Part shown: positions 1 through 12,500 of the stretch, piece by piece | Position numbering within the stretch: position 1 is the stretch's first letter | How the letters are laid out: every line of letters begins with the position of its first letter | Assembly (NCBI RefSeq): GCF_001194135.2 | Contig: NC_068981.1 | Span: forward strand, 109,177,654 to 109,241,653 | DNA length: 64,000 nucleotides | Reading direction: 5' to 3' | Source of the DNA: Octopus bimaculoides | Lineage: Eukaryota | Translations under genes and position numbers: made by a program | Notes under the pieces: generated by a model | The model's database searches: none | What the model was told of the DNA's origin: nothing | What the model saw: the letters and a program-made list of their open reading frames with translations, nothing else

Positions 1-224
1 CTCATTAGATCATAGAATAACTGAAAGGATATAGTTCTTTTGTGAAGATAATACACTGATTTACATACTTAAATTGATGACACTGGGACATTTCCTAAGA
101 GTGTTTTCTACATGAAAAACATATAAAGTGCAGTCTAACATACTTCATGTAGTGAACCAAAACTAATTTTTAACCAATTGAAATTAAACCTGTAATGAGA
201 AGGAATCTTTGTAGCACCTTCATG

Positions 225-225
<1 letters not shown>

Positions 226-286
<61 letters not shown>
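226..286. repeat. (CT)n microsatellite
   Basis: Perfect dinucleotide run. Confidence 0.98.
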
Positions 287-290
<4 letters not shown>

Positions 291-386
291 CATTATACTG
301 CAACTTCTAATGCCATCCTCTCACAACAATAAACTCATTCTGCCCAGTATACTGTAAGGTGGAACAAAAAAGCACCCATTAACATA

Positions 387-1125
387 TAAGATAATATCAA
401 AAAGTTTCTGAATTAGTTCTGTAATATGCCAACGGATGGCAGCACACAGTTGCCTGCACAGTGAGACCTAGCAAAGACCTTGATGAGGCAGTGTGCTGAG
501 TGGCATCACTGTTTACTTCACAAGATTTGTGTTTTTGTGATCACATGTATGCTATAGTCTGTAATTTTTGTCATGGATAGGAAGTTGGAACAAAGAGCCA
601 GAGTGAAATTTTAAAATTGTGAAATCTGCTACAGAAACATTGAGCATGTTTCAGCAAACTTATGGCGACAAGGCAATGGGTGGTATGCAATGTTTTGAGT
701 GGCACAAGCACTTCAAAGGCATTTGAGGGAGGACATTTGATGAAAGCGACCAGATCTGCAGAACTGGATTCTTCACAACAACAATGCACCCTGTCACCAA
801 GCTCTCCTCGCTCGTGAGTTTCTTGCCAAAAACAACATGGTATCACTTCCACACCCACCCTATTCACCAGATTTAGAATCTATGGACTTTCATCTTTTGC
901 CCAAGATGAAAATGCAGCTAAAAGTCAGTTTTAACACCGTTGTCATGATCAAAAGTGAATTGCTGAAAGTCCTCAACTCATGAAAAATGAATTTTAGGCC
1001 AGATTCCAAAAATGGCAAGAACCCTTGAACCAGTAAATTGCTGCAAGGGATAATGTTAAAACTTAGGTACATAAGTTATTTTTTATTAAACATAACTAGT
1101 CTGGGAATTTTTTGATACCACCTTA
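387..1125 (+). mobile_element. Internally deleted mariner (Tc1/mariner) element
   Basis: Imperfect TIRs (TAAGATAATATCAAAAAGTTT / TTTTTTGATACCACCTTA) flanked by TA. Transposase N-terminus from 573 (MDRKLEQRA...ATETLSMFQQTYG...QCFEWHK) is fused directly to the catalytic C-terminus (WILHNNNAPCH...PHPPYSPDL), with stops. Confidence 0.88.
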
Positions 1126-1592
1126 TATATATCTTTATACTCCTTTATGCTATAAATTAACAGATATGGTATTAATGTAATCAATAGTAAACATTTTAAG
1201 CAGTTAATTGAGACTTAAAAAACTACAGCAGACTCATTGACTGAACTTGAACTATGTATGTATCTCTTGCTTAGTAAGAACTACAACTACAGTTACACAT
1301 GCTAGCTTGATTTCTCAAATTAGGTATTTGATTGTCGTATTCAATCTCTACAAGTATCTCACTTGTTTCTCAGATAAAGTCATCAACCACTTAGCATTAT
1401 TTTTATTCATTTTTATTTTAATTAGGGATCATAATGTTTAATAATTTAAAATGAACATACATTCCTATATGTACATAAAAAAAGACATTGAAAAGCATAC
1501 ATCTTAAGCTGAAAGTAGTTACTAAAACTAGTCTATTAAGCTGTCTACTTTTTTTATTATTATTTGTTACTGTTTGTCTTTTGTCTTTACAG

Positions 1593-1663
1593 GGAAATCA
1601 AATAAGAGGTAACACTGTTGAAAGTTTGGGATACTTGCTTCGAAACAACAACTATTTGACCAG
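1593..1663 (+). CDS. LRRC45: LRRC45 exon (GNQIRGNTVESLGYLLRNNNYLT)
   Basis: tttacAG acceptor, GTaaat donor, 71 nt, LRR motif. Confidence 0.9.
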
Positions 1664-4600
1664 GTAAATTTTCTTTTTCTGTTTGATTACTCATTAACCC
1701 TTTTACTGACTATAGGAATATAAGAAACAAAGAAAATTCTATAACTATTGAATTGTTGCTCTCTACTTTTTGAACTAACAGTAGTACTTTTGAACCTTGT
1801 TTTTACTTAAATATCAGTTAGATGGTGGCTGCATTTCCAAGAGTGATTAAAGTATGTGCGCTTTCTCCATTCATCTGTAAACAGGTATCTTTTGTCAGAT
1901 AACTGATATGTAACTGTTTGATTATTATAATTAATGTGCTCAGCTATGCACACTTTCTGTGGATTGGTGCTGCTGGTTAGAGAAGTGTTTTCCAAATCCT
2001 TAATGTTGTGCAAACTGGCCTATCTCACATCTGGCAGGAAATGCATGAGGCAAGAGGCATACAAAAAATCTGTACATATTAGGTTCAGTTTAAAATGCTA
2101 TTCCTAAGCCATATATCCATCTCTTACCCTGGTATCTTATATATTCCGTCCTCATGACTTATCTTGAATTTTAGAATTAAAGTATTTCAGTTTTTTTCTT
2201 AAACACATATTCATTTAGATATGGAGATAATAAAATTGCAAAATTATATTCCCAGGGTCAAGTTAGAATATTCTCATAGCTAAAAAACGAAGTCTTAAAA
2301 ATCACATTGTAAAGATTAGGTTCCAATGATTTATTAGAGTTAATCTGTAGTCAAGGAGCCAAATTCTTATTTATTGACTTAATATTTGATTTACTACATA
2401 TTTTTAGGACATTCTTGGAAAATTAAAGCTCAGCACAATACCTAACACCTCTATCCACTCACAAAGATCAGATTGAAATAAAAGCAGAATTCACTGTGGC
2501 TCTGTTTTATTGTAATGATCTGGCTAGGAATATACAATGTATTTCTGGTCAAAATAACAGCAGAATAGGTGTTCATGAATAACACTGCATTCCATAGTAT
2601 TTCACCAGCATTAAACCAGTTTAAGAGATGAAAGAATTGAAAAATTGTATATGTATCACTCCATCCATTTGTAGTAAGATTTACAAAGGACAAACTGTAT
2701 GACCCCTAATTATTAAATACGTCACATTAGATTCTGGTTGGAGCTAAGGTAATGCAGTCTAAAGTGTTATGCTGTGAAAACAGAAAGCATTTGCTATTTT
2801 GGGATAAGTTTCATTATAGACAAAAAACTGCTGAAAATAAGAGGCAGTGACTCAAATCAGTCAAACCTAGTATCATGTTCAGCCAAATATAGTGACTACT
2901 AATGAAAATCAATTTAGATGTTCCTTAAATTGACGTAAATTTTGAACTATTTACTTGACATGTTTTAAATAAACCATTAAAAAATATTGATTTTAAAAGA
3001 AAACAAAAATTGGGTAGTATGAAAATTGTTTTCTTATTATTAACAGTAAAGTATTTTAAATGATAAAACATATTTAGCTTCTTAATTTAGTCCACAGCAA
3101 AGACACAGACAGCAGTTGAAAACTCTGTCCGTAGACAATTTCTGTAAGTTATGGTAAAGCTTGAAGAAAAATTGACTAAATCAGAACTGGTTGAAACTAC
3201 TAAAATAACAACAATAATTTGTAGCCTATTTAATAAAAGGTTCATCATTTCACGAAAATTAGATAATTTATTGTCATAATTTTAGCTAGCATCATCCTTA
3301 CTGCAGCCACCATCAACATTTCCATCAGTTTCACAGCCATTGTCATCTTCACTAGCAGCACCAATAAGAAATATATGTAATGGTAGTATGACAGCCTGAT
3401 GTAAACACTGTAATTATTTAAACAGTTTGTGTTAAGCATTACTTTGTTATTTACTAAATGAATTTTATATCCTCCTGCATCAAGTCTTTGTCTTGAATGG
3501 AATGACCTTGGCATACTGGAAACACCATTCATTGTATTTTGTGATGGTCTTCAAGCTAACTGCAACCTCAAGCGACTTGATATCAGAAATAACCAGGTCA
3601 CCCACCATGGAACCAAACAGCTGGCAGAAGCATTATCAACAAACAAGACCCTTCAAGTCATTGGTAAGTAATTATCATTAACATTTAAGTAATTTAATTA
3701 TTATTTGAATAACTATAATCATCATTTAAATAATGTTAGTATTCAATTCAGCAATCATAGATATCATTTGTGTAATTATAATTATCATTTAATTATCATT
3801 AAGTAGTTATGATGGGGTTTATCTCCTATGTAATGTAGTGGTTATGTAGCACATAAAATGATAGTGAAGTGTTTGCAGGTTGAAGGCTATTGTAAGTTTA
3901 TGAGTTCTACTGTCCTCCATCCCAGGGTCTCAAGGGCCCACACCTCCCACACCCTCAGAGGTAGCAAAAGTAGGTCTGGTGAGATTGTTGTTATGCTTGA
4001 ACAGAGACATATAAACTATAAGAGAAATTACCTATAACAGGTAACTTCTACATGCCTAGTAAATTACTTTATTTACTAAAAAATTCGAAACCTATAGGTC
4101 TAACCGTTAAAAATAAGGTAAAAGTTTTTATTTTTTTCTTCCCTTTGAAATGTTTCACTTTGTGGTTTTCAGTCATTTATGACTGTTTTCTGGCGTTTAG
4201 AAGTTACCTGTTATGGGTAATTTCTCTTATACTTTATATGGAATATGTTGTCTATTGACTTTTTTACATGCTAGGCCACTGGTAGTATAACTCTGTATGG
4301 TTTTTGCTACCCTTTTATATATATACTTGAACAGAGACATGTAGATTCGTGCTGCATCCAAGAAGTAAGGTGGAGAGGAAGTTCTGCTAGGTTCCTCACA
4401 TGCAAAGAACATAGGTATAAGATTTTCTGGTCAGGGAACACTGACGGGGTCAGGTGTGTGGGTATACTTCTTGTGGAGAAATGATTTGATAAGATAATTG
4501 AAGTAGTCAGAGTCTGTGATAGAATACTTAAGATTAGATTAGTGTTGCAACATGGGTTAGCAACCATTATCTTGGCTTATGCCCCTCAGCCAAGGCTACC

Positions 4601-7600
4601 TGATGAACAGAAAGACTGATTTTATGACACCCTCTTGCAGACTACCTCATTGATGAATGACAGGGACCTTCACTTTGTGGCTGGCAACATCAATGGGCAT
4701 GTTGGACAACATGCAAGGGGCTTCCTTGGCATACATGGAGGCTATGGTTTTGATTCCCCCAATGAGGAGGGGACCAGGCTGCTGGAGTTCTGCAATGCAA
4801 ATGTTATCGGTTGTAATACTAACTTCAGGAAACCTGCCAGTCACCTATTCACCTACCGATCTGGTGGACACACTAATCAAATTGACTACATCCTCACCAG
4901 GAAACGGGAAGGATGCCTACTTATAAATGTCAAAAACCTTCCCAGGTGAAGAATGCACCCCGCAACATTGATTAGTAGTTAACAACTTCAGGATCAGGGC
5001 TAGATGGATGCCCAGAAGACAACCAGCATAGAAGTCTGGAAGCTTAAGGATCTCGCAAATGGACAGAGATTTAGAGACATATTACTTGAAGCTTTTGACA
5101 AAATAGAGGAGGATATGGCATCACATGATGTGGAAGACAACTGGAGGTTCCTGTAGGACAACCTGTTGAGGGTTACTGACCAGATCTGTGGATGGTGCAA
5201 AATCCCCTCATAATCCAAAGTAACGTGGTGGTGGAACAATGTAGTTGACAGGGCCATTAAGGAAAAGAAACAGGCATGGAAGGACTGGAAGAACAGTGGT
5301 AGCAGGAAATTGCATCAAATTGCCAAAAGGGAAGCTATGAGACAGGTTTACTTAGCCAGAGGGGAAGCAGATAAGAAAAAAATTACCAATATTCTGCATC
5401 ATGAGGACCAGAGACTTGAAGTGTTTCTTGTTGCAAGACAGTGTGTGAGAGAGAATCATGATATCATAGGAGAGAAGTGTGTCCGCATGGATGATGGCTC
5501 ACTTGCATTTAATGAGAGAGACTTAGAGATACCACTATGAAAGGTTGCTAAATGAAGAGAATGAATGGGAGAAAGAGAGTCTGCTGAATGTTGACCTAAC
5601 AGAGGGACCAGATATCCTAATTGGCAGTACCTTGGTAGATAAAGCAATTAAGGGTATGAAGACAGGGAAAGCCTCTGGTCCATCAGGAATCATTGCAGAG
5701 ATGCTTAAAATATCTGGCAGTGTCAGCTATAGTCTAGTCACCCGTATTACGAACCAGGATATGAAAGAGTCATACCCAAAGACTGGTGTAGCAGCACCAT
5801 AGTAAACTGCTACATTAGGTACGAATAATTACAGAGGTATCAAGTTGTTGGATCAGGTAATGAAAGTCGTGGAGAGGGTCATAGCCCAACAAATAAGGGA
5901 GAGAGTTAGTTTACATGAGATGCAGTTTGAGTTTGTGCCAGGGAAAAGCATCACTGATGCTATATTTCTGGTAAGACAGCTGCAGGAGAAATACCTAGCC
6001 AAGGATAAACCTCTGTCCCTGGCTTTCATTGACATGGAGAAAGCCTTTGACAGGGTCCTCCAATCCGTTATCAGGTGGTCAGTGTGGAAACTAGGAATAG
6101 ATGAGTGGTTAGTGAGAGCCATACAAGCCATGTATAGGAATGCTGTCAGTAAGGTGAGGGTTGGCAATGAGTATAGTGAAGAATTCCAGGTAGGGGTAGG
6201 GGTCCACCAAGTATCAGTCCTCAGCCCCTTCTTATTCATCATAGTCCTCCAGGCAATTCAAGACAGGATGCCCCTGGGAGCTTCTCTATGCTGATGTCCT
6301 TGCTCTAATAGCTGAGTCACTATGAGAACTAGAGGAGAAGTTTCAGGTGTGGAAACAAAAACCAAAGTCTTAATAAGTAGGAAGGCAGACAAATCACAAA
6401 CCCCTTCAGGTAGATGGCCCTGCTTGATCTGTAGAAAAGGCGTAGGTAGAAATTTCATATGATGTACTCGGTGTAAGCTATGGACACATAAGAGGTGCAG
6501 CAATATCAAAGGAAGGCTAACTGAGAAGATAGTTTTTGTGTGTGGCAAATGCTCAGGTGCAATAAACACTGAAAATGTGTAGAAGACAGCTTCCGTCACA
6601 TGCCAGGGGGAAAAACTATAAGTAGTTGATAGCTTACATTACCTAGGTGACCAAGTCAGTAGTGAGGGTGGATGATCTGAGAGTGTAGCTGCTAGAATAA
6701 GAATAGCCTGGGCAAAGTTCAGAGAGCTCCTACCTCTGCTGGTGACAATGGGCCTCTCACTCAGAGTAAAAAGTAGACTGTATGACACTTGCGTGCAAAC
6801 AGCCATGTTACATAGCAGTGAAACATGGGCCGTGACTGCTGAGGACATGCGCAAGGAATGAAGCTAGTGTGCTCCATTGGATGTGTAATGTCAGTGTGCA
6901 TACATGACAGAGTGTAAGCACTCTGAGACATAAAAAGCATCAGATGTAATGTACAAGAGAGACGACTGTGCTGTTATGGTCATGTGTTGTGTATGGATGA
7001 AGACAGCTATGTGAAAAAGTGTCACACCCTAGCAGAAGAGGGAACCTGTGAAAGAGGTAGACCGTGGTGAAGCACAACCTTTGAACGTAGGGCCTCACGG
7101 AGGCAATGGACAAGTGACTGAGACCTTTTGAGATATGCTGTGCTTAAGAAGACCCGGCAAGCTAAGTGAGACCATAACCATAGCCTATGCCAGTGCAGCA
7201 TAACCAGCCCATTTAAGAATACTCTTCAATCCTTGGGCAATAAACTGCGCTTGCGAAGACCTGTCGAGTCAAGTGAAGTCATTGTCGTGGCCAATGACTG
7301 TACTGCCTGACTGGCTCCCGTGTCGGTGGCACGTAAAAAGAACCATTCATGTGTGGTTGATGCCAGTACCACCTGACTGGCCCTCGTGCTGGTGTCACAT
7401 AAAAAGCACCCACTACACTCTCGGAGTGGTTGGCATTAGGAAGGGCATCCAGCTGTAGAAACTTTGCCAGATCAGATTGGAGCCTAGTGCAGCCATCTGG
7501 CTTGCCAGCCCTCAATCAAACTGTCCAACCCATGCCAACATGGAAAGTGGACGTTAAACAACGATGATGGTGATGATTAATGTGAAGCTGATGTGAGATA

Positions 7601-8776
7601 AATTTCACTGGGGATATGACATAAGTCTCTTGCAATTAACTTCCTAAAAAATTATTTTATAGCTTGCTAAATTAAAGAAAGTGCAGTGAATATCAGGTCC
7701 AGCCTTAATATACACGACAATGAAAAAGAATATATATATTCTGCTTCAGTATCTTGTATAGCTGGATAGTGTTGTACTACATTGGATAGCTTGACAAATA
7801 CAAAGGAAGTAACTTAGTGGACAAAAGTAAAGTACTGGAAGTTGAAGCTAGAATCCTTTATCCACTTTCCAGCAAACAGGAAGATTCTATGAGTGGTGAA
7901 TGAGAATGGACAGTTCAATGTAAATATGTTGTAGCAATCTCTAAATAAGGTTTCAGAATCATTTAGTTAAGTTTGAAACTAATTTGTGTGCTTATTCTGA
8001 GTATGAATTTATTTTGTTAGCTTCATTTCTATTGACACCACTCATCTAAGCTTTCACAGATTTTAGAAATTGAATAATTCATGGATGCCAACTGCATAAT
8101 AAAGAGGAGGGATATAACTGTCAGTATATGTAATGTATGGTGCAATAAAAAGTTTAATGAGGAATGAGAAAATAATAAAATTAGTCATATACAAAATATT
8201 GGTTTAAAATTTTGACACAAGGCCAGAAATTTTGTAAGAGGGGTTAAATCCCCAGTTCTCAACTGCTACTTATTTTATCAACTCTGAAAGGATGAAAGGC
8301 AAAGTCACCCTTGAATTCAGGACATAAAAATGGACGAAATGTCACCAAGCATTTTGCCCACATGCTTGCAATCCTGCCAGCTTGCCACCTTAGTCAATTA
8401 CAAAATATTACTCATCAAATAATGTTTTCATTGAAAGAAACATGCTGGGAATCTTTTTCCATACTTATGACAAAATAATAGTTGTCCACTTATGTTTTTT
8501 CTTGCCACATATTTAATTCTACCTTAGCTTTTATGCATGCTGATGCTCATTTTTAAAGATTTTTATAACTAAGAGTACTTTATAGTTTTTCATTAAATAA
8601 CTGAATCTAATTAGTAAGAGAGGCGTAATATTGTTGAGAATATGAATCAACTTTTTAATGCAAGGTCATTATTTATGTATAGCTGGCCCCATGCTGTCAA
8701 AAATGACAGTTAATTGTAGTATTCTATATATAAAAAGGATACAAACAGTGGAAAAATAAAATCAAACAGCCCTTCA

Positions 8777-8811
<35 letters not shown>

Positions 8812-9468
8812 ATTTATATGTATGAGTAGCACAGTCTGTAGTGAATGCAGTTGTTTTCTATTCTTTGTCACAGCCCCCTTCCTTCCTTTTTAAGTGTGTC
8901 TGTTTATATATATGTATGTGTAAATGCATGTGTGTCTGTAATTCTATTTTCTATGTATCTTTCTAAACAAACATACATGAACACATATACACTCACTCAA
9001 ATATATATAAATATATTTTACACATACACACACACACTAATACAACACACAAACATCCACATAATAATGACAACCAATGTGTGTAAGCCAATCCACTATA
9101 CATATACACACACAGACACCTTTCAGTTTGTCATCACCCCTTCCTTCATCAGTCATCTCTTGTGATGGACAAAAACACAAGAGAATTATATATTAGTAGA
9201 TTCTTTTACAGCTATTCTGCTGTTCCTATATTCTACTTACCTCCAGTTATTTTATGAAAATATTTACTGATCTAAATTAGTAGTTGACTTGTTAAAATGT
9301 AGACTTGTTAAAATACACTAAAAATTCTTGGGGAAATACCAAAATTTGTAAAACCATCTGACTCATAGAAAAATTGATACAAACACATAGAGAATCTCCA
9401 CTAAGTATACATATTTAATAATAATAATAATAATGATGATGATAATAATAATAGTAGTAGTAGTAGTA

Positions 9469-9526
<58 letters not shown>

Positions 9527-12500
9527 TAATAATAATAATAATTATAATAAAAATAATAATAAATTGTTAAAAAAAACCCAGATAGTTATCTTTTGAAATG
9601 TATTATATGAATGCATAATCATCTACTAACACCTTTTCAGATTTAAAATGGAATAAAGTTGGTTTAACAGGTGGGCGTGCCCTGCTTGATCTTCTTCATG
9701 TTAATAAAACCTTGTTAAAAATAGACTTAGCTGGTAACGACATTCCTTGTGACATTGTTTCCTCCATTGGTATGTATAAGTATTCTTTGATTTCATTATT
9801 TAAAAAAATAATAATTGGAAAATATTTCAGAGATATAATTCATCATCATCGTTTAACGTCCGCTTTCCATGCTAGCATGGGTTGGACGATTTGACTGAGG
9901 ACTGGTGAACTGGATGGCTACACCAGGCTCCAATTTGATTTGGCAGAGTTTCTACAGTTGGATTCCCTTCCTAACGCCAACCACTCTGAGAGTGTAGTGG
10001 GTGCTTTTATGTGCCACATGAATGAGATACAAAAGATGTATTGGAGCGTCTTATTTTCAGAAAATGAATATGTATAAATGTATATTTATCCATATATACT
10101 TATGGATAAATATATATCCATAAATATTATTTATTTATGTAAATTCGACTAAACACATATATGTTGATACACTTAGAAAATTTCTTTTAAGTATTGAAGA
10201 GCTTTTTAGAGTCACTGCCTGGAGCTTGTTTTTATAGTAATGAGCTGATGGTAAATATATCTTCCTAAGCCTGGGATGCTGGTATCTGTTTCCAACAGCC
10301 TTAACATGCTATCAAGAATGACTTACAATCAGTATATACCATGCTTTTGATAGTATGGTTTTAGATGCCCATGTAGTTGTAAGTAGACACAGACACAGTT
10401 TTGGGCCTGTCCACACTTCACCAAGTAAAACAGCAAAGATATGCCAGCTGAAGGCTGGAAGGTCTTCACTAGCACCCAACCCCTGTATTTTAGTGCAACT
10501 TCTTTTATTTGTCTTCAGAATCATAAAATGGAAAAAAGAATCTTCATTTCTGGGATTTGAACTTGAAATAGATGCAATAAACTATAACAAATCTATTACA
10601 AATGAGTGAGCAACTATTATTTATAAGAATACTTCTGTCCCAGCAAGAAAAAATATCAGAGATTGCTACTGAGAAAATAAGGAGGCTTCCAGTTAGTTGT
10701 TATGATTTAGTTTTATTTCAGCTGTGTCTAGCACTTGATAAAAAAAAGTGAAACAGATATAAGATTAATGACTAAACTTAGATAAATACTTCATATTCAA
10801 ATTGTACAAATGTTAAAGAAGTGTCTTTACAATCATCATCATCATTTAACATTCATTTTCCATGCTGGCATGGGTTGGACGGTTTGACTGAAACCTGATA
10901 AGCCAGAGAGTTGCACCAGATTCTGATCTGATTTGGCATGGTTTCTACAGCTGGATGCCCTTTCTAATGCCAACCACTCCAAGAGTGTAGTGGGTGTTTT
11001 TTTATGTGCCACTGGCATAGGTGCCATTAACCTGACACTGACATCAGCCATGACTATGGTCTTACTTGGCTTGATAGGTCTACAGAGCATGTTATATTGC
11101 CAAAGGTCTCAGTCACCTATCACTGCCTCCGTGAAGCCCAACTCTTGAATGGTGCTTTTTACATGCCACCAGCACAGGTGTCAGTCAGATGGCACTGGCA
11201 TTGGCCACAACTATGATTTCACTTGGCTCGACAGGTCTTCACAAACACAACATATCGCCTAATGTTTGAAAGGTGCTTTTAATGGGCCAGTTACGATCTC
11301 ACTTGGCTTGATGGGTCTTCTTAAGCACAGCTTTTTGCCAAAGGTTGCTTGTCATTGCCTCCATGAGGCCAACATTCGGAGATTGTGCTTCACCATCTTG
11401 TCCCATGTCTTCCTGGGTCTACCTCCTCCACAGGTTTCCTCCACCATTAGAGTGCGACACTTCTTTGTTCAACTGTCCTTGTCCATACACATCACATGAC
11501 CATACCAGCACAGTCTTCTCTCTTGCACACCACATCTAATGCCTCTTGTACCCAACTTTTCTCTCAGGACGCTTACACTCTGTCCTACATGCACACTGAC
11601 ATTACACATCCAGTGAAGCATACTAGCTTTATTTCTTTCAAGACTACGCATGTCCTCAGCAGTCACAGCCCATGTTTCACTACTGTGTAGCATGGCTGTT
11701 TGTACACAGGCATCATACAATCTACCTTTCACTCTGAGTGAGAGGCCCTTTGTTATCAGCAGAGGTAGGAGCTCTCTGAATTTTGTCCAGCCTATTCGTA
11801 TTCTAGCAGCTATGCTCTCAGAGCATCCATCCCCGTTACTAACCTGGTCACCTAGATAACGGAGACTATTGACTACTTCTAGTTTTCCCCCGGCATATGA
11901 TGGAATCTATTTTCTGTACATTTATGGCGTTAATTGTACCTGTGCACCTTCCACATACAAAAACTATTTTCCCTGATAACCTTCCTCTGATATTGCTGCA
12001 CCTCTTATGTGTCCATAGCTTACACCAGGTACACCTTATGGAGTTTCTAATAATGATAAGACAACTTGATGTTTCTAATAATGATAGGACAATTCCAATA
12101 GTTTTATAATAGAAGTATTCAATCCATTTTAAATTTATATTGTAGAGTCTTCTCTTCTGTGCAATCAGAAGCTTCAGCTTATGAAAACCAACTGTAAACA
12201 TAAAACACATATTTTGTGTAAGCAGTATCGACATCTAGAATCTGAAAATAAAAAGCAGGTAATTTTATTTACCTTTAGCAACAATAGTGATGTATTCATT
12301 TTTTCATGCTAATATAGGTTAGGCAGGACTGTAATGTGATGCATTACCATTTCTCTATATTCTGTGCCATGGAACCTGTCTGGAATCCAACATTCTCAGA
12401 TCTCATCCTACTACTACAGGTATATTTCTCTGTCAGACAAGGTTGTAGAGGTCAGATGTCTTCTAAAACCATAATTCCTGTTATATGTGCATTATCAACA

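Noticed and set aside
1-1592. Search for upstream LRRC45 exons and start codon
   Set aside because: No phase-compatible LRR-encoding exon was found; the 5' end presumably lies before the window.
1697-3240. Possible ancient piggyBac remnant (TTAACCCTTTT at the left end, weak Cys/His and FFHLLN peptides on the minus strand)
   Set aside because: No convincing right TIR or TSD, and no catalytic motif could be read.
4074-4100. GAAACCTATAGGTC looks like hammerhead helix III plus GUC
   Set aside because: There is no CUGANGA core or helix II on either side; it is only a 10-nt palindrome.
7180-7440. Tandem repeats of about 60 nt suggestive of a CRISPR array or a ribozyme
   Set aside because: Eukaryotic LINE 3' UTR; no unique spacers, no cas genes, and no hammerhead or HDV core.
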